From an uncultured Gammaproteobacteria bacterium (GTDB lineage: Bacteria > Patescibacteriota > Microgenomatia > Levybacterales > UBA12049): a DNA stretch of 64,000 nucleotides. The notes beneath the pieces are model-generated. The model searched no databases, was not told where the DNA came from, and saw only the letters and a program-made list of their open reading frames with translations. Where the stretch lies: the NCBI GenBank assembly GCA_964490105.1, contig CAZAZU010000001.1:227804-291803 (forward strand). The letters run 5' to 3'. The first letter of the stretch is position 1, and each line of letters opens with the position of its first letter. Both the position numbers and the translations under genes were made by a program. Positions 18,968 through 28,361 of the stretch are shown here, in pieces.

Positions 18968-19804
18968 ATGAAAATTAAAAGAATTTTAACGATATTTTCA
19001 GGAATAATTGTAGTTTTTGCTTTTGCATTCGTTGCAAATGCAGCTACTTCTATAGTTTACCCAGGTAATGAAAATGGTTGGGTATTTGTTGATGATAATG
19101 ATAACTCAGTAGGTTCTGGAACATTTGTTTCTGGTCCCGCTACTCCACCCTTAGGAAATGGTAGTGCGAGATTATTTGCAAATGTATCATCAGACAGGGA
19201 AATGCTTGTTTTGCCACAGTATCAGGGAACAAAACTTTCTGATATTACAAAACTTGAATACTCTACTTATAGAGTTTCAGGAGGGCCAGCTTTAGCGATT
19301 GCTCTTCAGTTTAATATAGATACTGATCTGACTGATGCAAATACATCATGGCAATCAAGACTTGTTTATGAACCATACTACACCCACACTGTAAATACAG
19401 GTGTATGGCAGACATGGAATACTCAAGACGATTCTGGAACTGGAAATTGGTGGTTTGCAGGTGCACCACAGAATGCGGTTTGTGGAATTGGTAACCCTTG
19501 TACATGGAGTGAACTTAAAGCAGCATTCCCAAATGCTGGAATTCACTCTACTCTAGGTGCAATTTTGTTTAAAGCAGGAGGTGGATGGACAGGATTTGAT
19601 GGAAATGTTGACGCATTTACAATCGGAGTTAACAACGTAGATAATACGTATGACTTTGAATCAAGTGCTCCAACACCAACACCTACACCAATAGTTGGGC
19701 CGCCGACTAGTAAAGATGAGTGTAAGAAAGACGGATGGAAAACATTCAACAATCCTACATTCAAAAACCAAGGACAATGTGTAAGTTATACCAATCATAA
19801 CTAA
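18968..19804 (+). CDS. Secreted protein, paralog of the 8922 N-domain, with a C-terminal CK..GW....F.NQG.CVS module
   Basis: SD GAAAGGAGGTG; signal peptide (ANA); PPLG.GS, L.DIT...YSTY, RL.YEP, WQTW shared with 8922; PT linker. Confidence 0.8.
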   Translation: MKIKRILTIFSGIIVVFAFAFVANAATSIVYPGNENGWVFVDDNDNSVGSGTFVSGPATPPLGNGSARLFANVSSDREMLVLPQYQGTKLSDITKLEYSTYRVSGGPALAIALQFNIDTDLTDANTSWQSRLVYEPYYTHTVNTGVWQTWNTQDDSGTGNWWFAGAPQNAVCGIGNPCTWSELKAAFPNAGIHSTLGAILFKAGGGWTGFDGNVDAFTIGVNNVDNTYDFESSAPTPTPTPIVGPPTSKDECKKDGWKTFNNPTFKNQGQCVSYTNHN

Positions 19805-19824
19805 TCACGGTTTATTTGGAATTT

Positions 19825-19858
19825 AAATAGCCCACCCTAACCGGTGGGTTATTTTTTT
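19825..19858 (+). terminator. Intrinsic terminator
   Basis: AAATAGCCCACC...GGTGGGTTATTTTTTT. Confidence 0.75.
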
Positions 19859-19874
19859 GTGTTATGATATTTTC

Positions 19875-21278
19875 ATGGCTTTAAAACCTCTCTCGATTAA
19901 TATCCTACCCTCCCCTCCGCCCCTTAAAAAATTAATTGGTCCTAGTTTTATTTTCTTAGGACTTGGACTTGGAAGCGGAGAAATAATTCTCTGGCCGTAT
20001 CTTACAGCAAATTTCGGAATGGGAATTATCTGGGCAGCACTTCTAGGAATTACATTCCAGTTCTTTATGAATATGGAAATTGAAAGATATGCTTTAGTTC
20101 ATGGAGAAAGTGTTTTTGTGGGCTTAGCTCGAAAACTTAAATATATTTCCTTCTGGTTTCTTTTATCTACTTTCATTCCATGGATCTGGCCGGGAATTAT
20201 AGCATCCAGTGCAAAATTATTCGGTGCGACAGTTGGAATTACTGACACTACTTATTTAACTATTATATTACTAGTGGTAATCGGTTTAATTTTGTCTTTC
20301 GGACCAATTTTATATAAAACTGTTGAATCCTTTCAGAAAATTTTGATTGGGATTGGGGTACCAACTATATTTGCACTAAGTGTAATTCTTGCTGAAAAAA
20401 CTGATTTTACTGCGCTTGGAAAAGGTGCTGTAGGGATAGGAAACGGTTACATGTTCTTCCCGGAAGGAATTGTAATGGCTTCCTTCTTAGCAGCCTTTGC
20501 ATATGCCGGAGCTGGCGGAAATCTAAATTTAGCCCAATCATTTTATGTTAGAGAAAAAGGATACGGAATGGGAAAATATGCAGGAAGAATTACAAGTCTT
20601 TTTACAGGAAAAGGCGAAAGCGTATCCCTCACAGGTTCAAAGTTTGAGGTCAACGAAGAAAGCTTGGCTTCGTTCAAACAATGGTGGAGAAATATTAACA
20701 TTGAACACTTCATAATTTTCTGGATAACCGGAGGAGTAACTATCGCTCTCTTAGGACTTCTCTCCTACTCTACAGTTTTTGGACATCCAGATAACATGGC
20801 AGGTATAAATTTTGTTATAAACGAAGGAAAAGTGATTGGCGAAAAACTATTTCCATTCGCCGGAACTTTCTTTCTTCTCGTCGGAGGCCTTATGCTTTTT
20901 GGTACACAGCTCACTGTTTTTGACGCGACAAGTAGAATTCTTTCAGAAAATATTGTTATTTCAGCACATGAGAAATTATCAGAAAGAAATATTCCAAAAG
21001 TTTATTACATAGTTCTGTGGCTTCAAATTCTAGCAGGAATTGGAATTTTACTTTTAGGATTTACAGAACCGTTGGCGCTTCTGACTACAGCTGCAGTTTT
21101 AAATGCTGTAGCGATGTTTGTTCATATCGGACTAACATTATGGCTTAACTCAACCAGCTTAGATAAAGCGTTAAGGCCAAGTATCACTCGAAAATTTGCA
21201 ATGGGACTCGCTTTTCTTTTTTATGGAGGCTTCAGCACATTCGTAGTCTACGATAGATTTATCAAGCCCCTATTTTAA
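19875..21278 (+). CDS. Nramp-like (APC superfamily) transporter
   Basis: IGP......GLGSGE.ILWP, E..RY....GE motifs; about 11 TM helices. Confidence 0.75.
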   Translation: MALKPLSINILPSPPPLKKLIGPSFIFLGLGLGSGEIILWPYLTANFGMGIIWAALLGITFQFFMNMEIERYALVHGESVFVGLARKLKYISFWFLLSTFIPWIWPGIIASSAKLFGATVGITDTTYLTIILLVVIGLILSFGPILYKTVESFQKILIGIGVPTIFALSVILAEKTDFTALGKGAVGIGNGYMFFPEGIVMASFLAAFAYAGAGGNLNLAQSFYVREKGYGMGKYAGRITSLFTGKGESVSLTGSKFEVNEESLASFKQWWRNINIEHFIIFWITGGVTIALLGLLSYSTVFGHPDNMAGINFVINEGKVIGEKLFPFAGTFFLLVGGLMLFGTQLTVFDATSRILSENIVISAHEKLSERNIPKVYYIVLWLQILAGIGILLLGFTEPLALLTTAAVLNAVAMFVHIGLTLWLNSTSLDKALRPSITRKFAMGLAFLFYGGFSTFVVYDRFIKPLF

Positions 21279-21962
21279 ACTTTTTATAAATCCTTCAATT
21301 TTATTCATAAATCCGGTTTCGTCGATTCTATGAAGGTGCCATTTGTGATTATATTTATTAATTGTAAATATCTCAGCGCTTGGAAGTAATTTTAATACTT
21401 TCTCACCCATCTTGGATGAAGCCATCCTGTCTTTAGAACTGTAGTAAAGAAGAACAGGGATTTTAATTTTAGATAAATTATCTTTACTTAAATATTTAAA
21501 CTCGCTTAAGGTTTTTGAAATACTGAGTCTGTTTGCAACTGGAATTCTTAAAACATTTACTGTTTTTCTAAATCCGAAGAAATAAGGCATTCCAGCTATT
21601 ATTATGCCTTTAACTTTATCTGGGTATTTATTATAGTATTTTAAAGAAAGTAATCCTCCGTAGCTCGTGCCAAATAAAACAAATCTTCTTCCGTTTGATG
21701 TGGCTTCAATTACTTCGGCGATGAACGTTACTCGATCTTTTTTAAAATCTTTTAAGTATCCAAATCCAGGAAGGTCAAAGGCAACCACGCAATAATTTTT
21801 CATTAGATATCTTGGGGGAAGATCACCGATATATTCAGAAAACCCCCTGAAATATCCATGAATAAAGTAAATTAAGGGGTTTTTGGGGTCTCCATAAACC
21901 CAAACAGGAACACTTGCATTATCTATATTAAAATATTTTGTCTCGTGAGGATCGCTAATCAC
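21270..21962 (-). CDS. Alpha/beta-fold hydrolase
   Basis: FIHG, DLPGFG, GTSYGG nucleophile elbow, D and H of triad. Confidence 0.88.
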   Translation of the reverse strand: MISDPHETKYFNIDNASVPVWVYGDPKNPLIYFIHGYFRGFSEYIGDLPPRYLMKNYCVVAFDLPGFGYLKDFKKDRVTFIAEVIEATSNGRRFVLFGTSYGGLLSLKYYNKYPDKVKGIIIAGMPYFFGFRKTVNVLRIPVANRLSISKTLSEFKYLSKDNLSKIKIPVLLYYSSKDRMASSKMGEKVLKLLPSAEIFTINKYNHKWHLHRIDETGFMNKIEGFIKSLK

Positions 21963-21981
21963 AGGTAAATTATATCAATTA

Positions 21982-22749
21982 TTATGCGGTTTTTTGAGAA
22001 TTCTGTCCCAAGACTACAGGTGAAGGTAAATTTACCCCTGGTCTTCTGTCTAATCTAAGTAATCCATATGGCACGTACCCATCAGTTTTCGCTTCGTATG
22101 AGTCAACATATCTATGACTTACGCCTGCAGAATCCAGTTTTTGAACCCACTTGTTTACAGGTATTCCATTAACCTGAAGAGATTTCGCAGGAGGAATTTG
22201 TAAAATAGTGGTCCCATCAGTTGAGTTTAATGTTTCCCAAATTTTTTCAATAGCTTTACTTGTAAAACCCAGATTTGTAGGTAAAAATTTAAGTCCACCT
22301 GCACCCCTAGACATAACAAAATCAGCCTTATCACCTTTTAACCATTCATCAATTTTTTCCCATGTAGCAGGATCATTTAAAGTTCCCGATAAAAAAGTAA
22401 TCCCTTCGCGTGTATCTCTTTCAGCTTTTTCTGGTGTTCTAGGATCATGAAATCCTACAGCTAGTCCTCTAAATGACTTTGGACGTAAATATTTTCCTAT
22501 GCTTCTTACAGCAGCTGGACCTGAAAGGAGATCTATAACAATTGGCTCATCTTTGAGTTTTAATCGATCTAAAATTTCAAATTTATCAGTCTGTACTCTT
22601 CCGATATCTTCCAGATAATCCCAGTAAGTCGATTCATGAATTACCCATTTGCCTGGCTCATTGTCTCCATCGCCAATCACATCTTGCTCAGGTGTAAGGG
22701 GTGGCTTGCCGGTTCTTGAAAATCTATGGCTTTCAGGTTTCATATCCAT
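21982..22749 (-). CDS. Hypothetical protein, possible degenerate class I SAM-methyltransferase fold
   Basis: VIDLLSGP, ADFVMS, W..L...G pattern; weak. Confidence 0.5.
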   Translation of the reverse strand: MDMKPESHRFSRTGKPPLTPEQDVIGDGDNEPGKWVIHESTYWDYLEDIGRVQTDKFEILDRLKLKDEPIVIDLLSGPAAVRSIGKYLRPKSFRGLAVGFHDPRTPEKAERDTREGITFLSGTLNDPATWEKIDEWLKGDKADFVMSRGAGGLKFLPTNLGFTSKAIEKIWETLNSTDGTTILQIPPAKSLQVNGIPVNKWVQKLDSAGVSHRYVDSYEAKTDGYVPYGLLRLDRRPGVNLPSPVVLGQNSQKTA

Positions 22750-22833
22750 ATTATACTATAAGCTCCTATTTTGTTCAAAGTTGTATTTACTTAATTATAG
22801 TACTACAATTAACGCGTAATAGATTAATTAGAT

Positions 22834-23418
22834 ATGGAAAGACAGCCAATCCCCGTCCGGATTGGTGAACAAGCCTCAACTCCGGGCGGAGAACTTATAA
22901 GAGTCGACTTTGTAAATAAAAAAGTCGCAAGACGGGACCAGCAAAAACCAGGTAAAGTACCTCGATATGAATCCGAGCATGCTGTAGTAGCCGAAAGCTT
23001 GGGAATTTCAGTTAGAAGTCTGAATGTTTTATCAGAAGATGAAGGATTTGTAGAAGTGTCTCAAGGAGATCCTATTGTAGCGGCAACGCATATTGGAGAC
23101 GGGGATGGTCATGACAGGCTCGTGGTTATGAGTTTTGGTATGGATCCTGATGTAGCAGCTTCGATAGCTGATCAGCATAAATCTAGACTTCAGGATGAAA
23201 TTAGTGAAGTGTCTAAAGAAGCTTCTATTAATAATAGAATGACTGGGTTTCAAGTCAGAGAAGCCATGAAGGATGGAAGAGAAGGACGTGAAGTGGTTAT
23301 TTTTTCTCAAGCTGCGGATGGAAGGAAAAAAACAGAACGAAGAAGGGTTAAGGGAAAAATTGCAGAAGTTATACCCCTTTTCCCAAATGTAGAAGCCGAA
23401 ATCCCAGCTGCAGCCTAA
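22834..23418 (+). CDS. Hypothetical protein
   Basis: 194-aa ORF, -10-like element upstream. Confidence 0.6.
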   Translation: MERQPIPVRIGEQASTPGGELIRVDFVNKKVARRDQQKPGKVPRYESEHAVVAESLGISVRSLNVLSEDEGFVEVSQGDPIVAATHIGDGDGHDRLVVMSFGMDPDVAASIADQHKSRLQDEISEVSKEASINNRMTGFQVREAMKDGREGREVVIFSQAADGRKKTERRRVKGKIAEVIPLFPNVEAEIPAAA

Positions 23419-23439
23419 TATGCTATAGTTGAATTACTG

Positions 23440-23634
23440 ATGAAAAATATTAAATATATTTTGGTAGCGATTTTAATTTTACTTGGAATTTATATGCTCA
23501 CTGTTCATTACCCTCCGCTTCCCTTTAATCACGAAGCAATTGGACTTGGATATAATCATATGATGCATAGGATATTTGGAATAATATTTATAGCTGCTGC
23601 AGTTTTAGTATTTTGGAAATGGAAGACTAAATAG
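23440..23634 (+). CDS. Small two-TM membrane protein with His-rich loop
   Basis: 64 aa; P.PFNHE.IGL..NHMMH loop. Confidence 0.65.
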   Translation: MKNIKYILVAILILLGIYMLTVHYPPLPFNHEAIGLGYNHMMHRIFGIIFIAAAVLVFWKWKTK

Positions 23635-23636
23635 CA

Positions 23637-24389
23637 ATGTCGGAACCTGCTAAAGAACCATTTAGACCTCCGGAAAATCCTTTTAACCTAGCTGTAATTG
23701 ATTCTCTTAAAACACTAAACCACTCACTTTCTCTAAAATCTAAATCCCCACTATTAATAGACGCAAATGGAGTTTCTTTGCATAATGGCGGGATGCCTTT
23801 AGCAAGAATTACTGGAAATAATTTAATTGTTGCTGGAGAAAGTTTTCAAAGACGAATAGCCGCAGAGCCTGGGTCTGTACCTCAGATGAAAGGAGATCTT
23901 GGAGAATTTTTAGGTGAACTTGGAGATTCTCTAAAATCTTTAAATCATTTAGGAATCAGTTATTTTGTGCCGGATTTAGAACATGAACATCAAAACGTAA
24001 AGCATTTGGCAGTAGAATCAGGGATTGAGTTTCACGAGGATCCAGAAGCACTTGAGGGACAGGAATGGATATTTTTAGGCCACACCGATGACTGGCGCTC
24101 TCCCCTTTTCGAGATGGTGCTTAATCAAGGTGAACCAGATCCATCTGATTTCTGGAGACCGCATTTTCAAATAGATTTAGATACACATCTACCTTGGGAA
24201 GAGATTAAAGAGTTAGCTGATAAACATTTCGGTCCTGATTTTTTTAAGTGGACACTTGATGCGCCAAATGTGGGGACATTTATGGGAATGGGAGTCATAG
24301 GAAATGTAGGAGGATCCAAAATCGCTTTAGGTCTGGGAGCTACTAAAAGAAGCGCAGAATTCCATCGCACCCAACTCCAAAGCCATTAA
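23637..24389 (+). CDS. Hypothetical protein (possible glyoxalase/VOC-like fold)
   Basis: LNHLGISY, LFEMVL, PHFQIDL motifs; weak. Confidence 0.6.
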   Translation: MSEPAKEPFRPPENPFNLAVIDSLKTLNHSLSLKSKSPLLIDANGVSLHNGGMPLARITGNNLIVAGESFQRRIAAEPGSVPQMKGDLGEFLGELGDSLKSLNHLGISYFVPDLEHEHQNVKHLAVESGIEFHEDPEALEGQEWIFLGHTDDWRSPLFEMVLNQGEPDPSDFWRPHFQIDLDTHLPWEEIKELADKHFGPDFFKWTLDAPNVGTFMGMGVIGNVGGSKIALGLGATKRSAEFHRTQLQSH

Positions 24390-24504
24390 ATTGTGAACTG
24401 TCAGACCAATTTTTGGAACACCTCATTTCTTACGCTTCACAGGTCTACAATGTTTTGGTTGAATTAAATTTTGCACCATCTCAGCCATAATTTTTCCGAT
24501 TTCG

Positions 24505-25170
24505 TCAATCCTTTCTTGTTCCTCTTTTGGTAGAGGTGGAAGGTTCTTTAGTTTTTCCAGCTCCTCCTCTAGTGTCATATGTTTCTTCATGTGTAGATTT
24601 TGGAAATTCTATTTTCAGTTTAGCGAGAATTTCCCTAGGAAGTTTATTCGATTTATCGGGCCTAATTAATTCATCGTCAAGGTCTACGAATACTTGCGAA
24701 TAATCTTTTTTGCTTTGTTCTTTATTTTTCTCACCAAAGTAAACCACCCCTATCCGTTTACCATCCTTTTCACTAATTTTAACAGCTAAAAAATATTTGT
24801 CATCTTCGTCTCTTAATTTAATCTGACTTGGAAGCTCATCCAATGATTCAACGGGAATTGAAGCTCTTTTCTTCAGAACGTAATCAAGCACTACTTGTTC
24901 TCTCGCATCTTCTAATGAAGCCCCTAGTATATGTTTTCTTTTACAGACAGAGCAAAATGTTGGTCCTGTATAGTTATCGTCAAAAACTTCAACTTCTCCA
25001 TATTCCGGATGGGTTTCTGTTATGAAAGCTTTTTTTGGAAAAAGAATTTCCATTTTACAAGATGTACAAAAAGGACCTTTAATATCCCGAGTTGAAACTT
25101 CTCCAACATAGTCTTCGATATACCAAAAGAACCCTTGTGATTTATGGAATTTACTGTAGGTTGTTCTCAT
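24505..25170 (-). CDS. Hypothetical protein with two CxxC pairs
   Basis: GPFCTSC...FCSVC; TATAAT 7 nt before ATG. Confidence 0.65.
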   Translation of the reverse strand: MRTTYSKFHKSQGFFWYIEDYVGEVSTRDIKGPFCTSCKMEILFPKKAFITETHPEYGEVEVFDDNYTGPTFCSVCKRKHILGASLEDAREQVVLDYVLKKRASIPVESLDELPSQIKLRDEDDKYFLAVKISEKDGKRIGVVYFGEKNKEQSKKDYSQVFVDLDDELIRPDKSNKLPREILAKLKIEFPKSTHEETYDTRGGAGKTKEPSTSTKRGTRKD

Positions 25171-25223
25171 GAGGGGATTATACCACTTAGGTTTGAGGAT
25201 TTGGCTAAACGTTTAGCCATTTG

Positions 25224-25295
25224 TGAGCCGGCAGGGGATCGAACCCTGGACCAAGAGCTTAAAAGGCTCCTGCTCTACCGCTGAGCTACCGGCCC
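25224..25295 (-). tRNA. tRNA-Lys(TTT)
   Basis: GGGCCGGTAGCTCAGCGGTAGAGC...CTTTTAA...GGTTCGATCC; cloverleaf; CCA not encoded. Confidence 0.95.
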
Positions 25296-25456
25296 TGAAC
25301 AATTTCTAAGGAAATTTTCAGGGTAAACCCTATTTCTTAGATGTCCGTATTATATAGGATTAGGCATGAAATTGACAAGTTTGCTTGATAATTAATCTGC
25401 TACAAGAGTTTGGACAATTTGTTTTAGGCTCGAATTTAAGATATAATATGCATCAC

Positions 25457-25530
25457 GCCGTGTTCGTCTAGTGGCCTAGGACACCTGGTTTTCAGCCAGG
25501 GAATCAGGGGTTCGACTCCCCTACACGGTA
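25457..25530 (+). tRNA. tRNA-Glu(TTC)
   Basis: GCCGTGTTCGTCTAGTGGCCTAGGAC, CCTGG-TTTTCAG-CCAGG, GGTTCGACTCC. Confidence 0.95.
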
Positions 25531-25531
25531 C

Positions 25532-26011
25532 TTAGTAGCTTCCTCCGTATCCACCTATATCTTCTTTTCTGCTTAGTTGTGGATTAGCAGGGTCTCTGCC
25601 AATTACTTTTCTTGGATTTCTAACTGCTTCACCAAAAGTGTTGGTAACTATAGCTGGATCTTGAATTATATCAATAGGGGTTATTATTCTAGTCTCTGCA
25701 CCTACAATTGTGAAAGTATTCTGATCAGGATCAACTATAGCAAAAACAGATGCGCTTTCAATGCCGATTGGTGGATTAGGACTATCAAAATAGTTTGTTA
25801 AAGCCATAAAATACTTTTCATCTTCAGTAACGCCATGGGAATATCTTAAAAAACCATCTGCAGTAAGCTGGAATGCTTCCAGAAGTCCAACTGAAACTGC
25901 TAGATTCATACCGCGATGCTTAATTCGCCAAAGATGATTCTCCCTCTCCCTAAGCTCTTCAGCTGTTGGAGCATTCGAACGTTTCCTTCTTAAATCCTCT
26001 AAATATCCCAT
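25532..26011 (-). CDS. Hypothetical protein
   Basis: 159-aa ORF, TATAAT shortly before ATG; ends abutting the tRNA-Glu 3' end. Confidence 0.6.
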   Translation of the reverse strand: MGYLEDLRRKRSNAPTAEELRERENHLWRIKHRGMNLAVSVGLLEAFQLTADGFLRYSHGVTEDEKYFMALTNYFDSPNPPIGIESASVFAIVDPDQNTFTIVGAETRIITPIDIIQDPAIVTNTFGEAVRNPRKVIGRDPANPQLSRKEDIGGYGGSY

Positions 26012-26082
26012 AGGAATTGGGATTATAACAAATAATTATTTGATGTCAAATTTAATACTGCTTATTTGATAGAATCTTATTA

Positions 26083-27486
26083 ATGCTAAGCATTAGGAAT
26101 TTATTAGTTTTTCTTCTTTACTCATCTTTTTTCGTTATTTTTTCAGCAATTTCATTAAATAGATATTTTTCTGTTCAAATTTTTCAATACGACTTCGGGA
26201 TTTTTGCCTCCATGATTTATCAGCTTAGTCAATTTAAAATGGCTTACATAAATCATATTAGTCTGGGTACAATTCCATTTCTGGGAGATCATTTTCAGCC
26301 TAGTTTAACTCTTTTATCTCCTTTATTCTGGTTCATCAAAGACATAAAGGTTTTAATAATAGAGCAGGCTCTTGTGATTGTCGCTTGTGCATTTGTAATT
26401 CAGAGAATTGCCATAAAAAAAGGCTTATCTTTCTTCTCAAGCCTAGCAATTTCGATAATATTTCTTCTTTATGCAGGAATCGAAAATCCTTTAGTTACCG
26501 ATTGGCACCCAGAGCCAACAGCAGGACTATTCCTTGTATTATTTATATACTTTTTTCTGTTTGGCAAAAACAAATTTATAGCGCCAATCATAGCCATAAT
26601 ATTTTTAGGATTTAAAGAAAGTAATGCGATAACCTTATCACTATTTTTAGTCTCATCTTTTTTAATTTTTCCAAAAAGAAGAAAAGAAATAATTATATAT
26701 TTATTAGCCTCAATTGTTTGGTTTTTCGCAACCATAAAACTTCTTATTCCCTACTTTTCAGACAGAAATTATTTTTACTCTCCAGACCTACCTAAAAGCT
26801 TACTGGATGTAAAACTTTCATTGGAGAAAACTGCAAAATATGAATTTGTCTGGAAATCTATAGCCTCGTTCGCATTTCTTCCGCTTCTTGCCAGATTTAG
26901 CCTAATTCCAGTACTTGGTGAAATATTTATAAGAGTCTTCCCTCTTCACTCATTTTTCCAAAGCTTTACTTTAGGAATGCATTATAATTTTTATCTGGGA
27001 ATTTTTCTAGCTCTGGCTAGTATTGATGGATTATTATTTATTTATAAAAAGTTTAAGCTTAAAAATAAAGCAATGATAGTTTCGATTGGTTTTATTCTAT
27101 TTACTCTCTTTTTTGCAAAAAAAGTCACGCATTCTCCTGTAATTCTAGCTACAAATCCTACATTCTGGCGCGAACTTCATCCTCGACAAGATATCTTTGA
27201 CGCATTGAAAAAAGTACCCAGGGAAGGTTCTGTAGCAGCACAAAATAATCTCCTTTCTTATTTAGTTCTAAGAGATGATGGAATCTACACTCTGAATAAA
27301 GGATACATGAATTATGACCCGGATTTAATTGTCGCTGATTTAAGTGAGGGACAAAATCCTAATAATTTCTATCCTTCTGGCCTAGTATTTATGGAAAAAG
27401 AGATGAAATTACTAAGTAAAACTGCTGGTTATAAGAGGATTGAAACGGGTAACAAAAACTTTTATATTTTCAAAAAAGTAGATTAG
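26083..27486 (+). CDS. DUF2079-like membrane protein (GT-C-like)
   Basis: YDFGIF, LGDHF.P, DWH, KE, HY motifs; polytopic. Confidence 0.78.
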   Translation: MLSIRNLLVFLLYSSFFVIFSAISLNRYFSVQIFQYDFGIFASMIYQLSQFKMAYINHISLGTIPFLGDHFQPSLTLLSPLFWFIKDIKVLIIEQALVIVACAFVIQRIAIKKGLSFFSSLAISIIFLLYAGIENPLVTDWHPEPTAGLFLVLFIYFFLFGKNKFIAPIIAIIFLGFKESNAITLSLFLVSSFLIFPKRRKEIIIYLLASIVWFFATIKLLIPYFSDRNYFYSPDLPKSLLDVKLSLEKTAKYEFVWKSIASFAFLPLLARFSLIPVLGEIFIRVFPLHSFFQSFTLGMHYNFYLGIFLALASIDGLLFIYKKFKLKNKAMIVSIGFILFTLFFAKKVTHSPVILATNPTFWRELHPRQDIFDALKKVPREGSVAAQNNLLSYLVLRDDGIYTLNKGYMNYDPDLIVADLSEGQNPNNFYPSGLVFMEKEMKLLSKTAGYKRIETGNKNFYIFKKVD

Positions 27487-28052
27487 ACTTCGACGTCCTT
27501 ATTTTCTTCTTCGCCTTCAGGCTCTGGGGGTAAAAATTCTTCTCCACCACTATCATTTGACTCTTCTGGCTTTTTATATTCAGTTTTTAGCCACTCTACA
27601 TAAGTGCATCCAGTAGCTTTTCGCTCGACCCTATCCCAGCCTGCTGTTGAGCATTTTTTCATGCGTTTTCCAGCATTTGTAGTGAATAACACTAATGGTT
27701 TTCCGCATTCTGGACAAGCTTCGTCGAGTTTTTCTGTAGATCCATTAATCCATTCTACGTAGTCGCATCCCTCAGATTGCTTGGTATCTTTATTCCAAAC
27801 ATTTGTAGAACACTTTTTCATCTTTTTGCCAAATCTGGTTGTCTGAAGAATAAGGGGATTTCCGCATTTAGGACATTTTTCGTCAAGAGTTTCTGGTGGA
27901 GTTTCAAGCCATTTTACATAGTCACAGCCTTCATTCTGGCGAGTTTCCTTATTCCAGCTTCCAGTAGAGCACCTCTGTAGTTGTTTGCCTGTAGAAGTAG
28001 TAGATACTTCAGCGAGCGGACTTCCGCACTTTGGACACATTTCATCAGCCAT
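27483..28052 (-). CDS. Stand-alone protein of three topoisomerase-type C4 zinc-ribbon repeats
   Basis: 3x CP.CG.PL......GK....CST..W........GC.YV.W. Confidence 0.85.
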   Translation of the reverse strand: MADEMCPKCGSPLAEVSTTSTGKQLQRCSTGSWNKETRQNEGCDYVKWLETPPETLDEKCPKCGNPLILQTTRFGKKMKKCSTNVWNKDTKQSEGCDYVEWINGSTEKLDEACPECGKPLVLFTTNAGKRMKKCSTAGWDRVERKATGCTYVEWLKTEYKKPEESNDSGGEEFLPPEPEGEEENKDVEV

Positions 28053-28127
28053 AAGATACTAGGATAGCGTATTTATTTATAATACTCAATATAGCATAAA
28101 TTCAATATTGGTATGGTTTGATGTTCA

Positions 28128-28252
28128 TTGTCCTATTGTACAGGAGGCAATTCGGGAGTATAGTTATTTTTACCTCAAATACGCAAGTATTGAAAGGCAG
28201 GATCTTTAGCAATAAAGAAACCCCGAAAAGACTCCAGCAATGGAGTTTTTTT
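28128..28252 (+). ncRNA. Candidate structured non-coding RNA ending in an intrinsic terminator
   Basis: Three GCAA-tetraloop hairpins, TTCGGG/CCCGAA closing stem, T7 tail; no credible ORF. Confidence 0.45.
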
Positions 28253-28277
28253 GTATCTAAAATTAAAGTCCTATAGT

Positions 28278-28351
28278 TTGACATTCGAAGCTAAATAAAG
28301 TAGAATCTCTCCTCTGTCTATATTGACATTTTTCTGAATTAGCAAATAGAA
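28278..28351 (+). promoter_or_regulatory. Tandem sigma70-type promoters for the 28362 gene
   Basis: Two TTGACA-17-TAGAAT elements. Confidence 0.6.
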
Positions 28352-28361
28352 TTATTTTTTT

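Noticed and set aside
24390-26011. Prophage or integrative element at the tRNAs
   Set aside because: No integrase, att duplication or phage structural genes
28150-28230. yybP-ykoY (Mn) riboswitch or hammerhead assignment for the structured RNA
   Set aside because: Only GGGAGTA resembles yybP; the other conserved loops and the CUGANGA core are missing
28102-28284. 60-aa minus-strand ORF over the structured region
   Set aside because: No convincing start context; GNRA loops and the U-tract favour a + strand RNA
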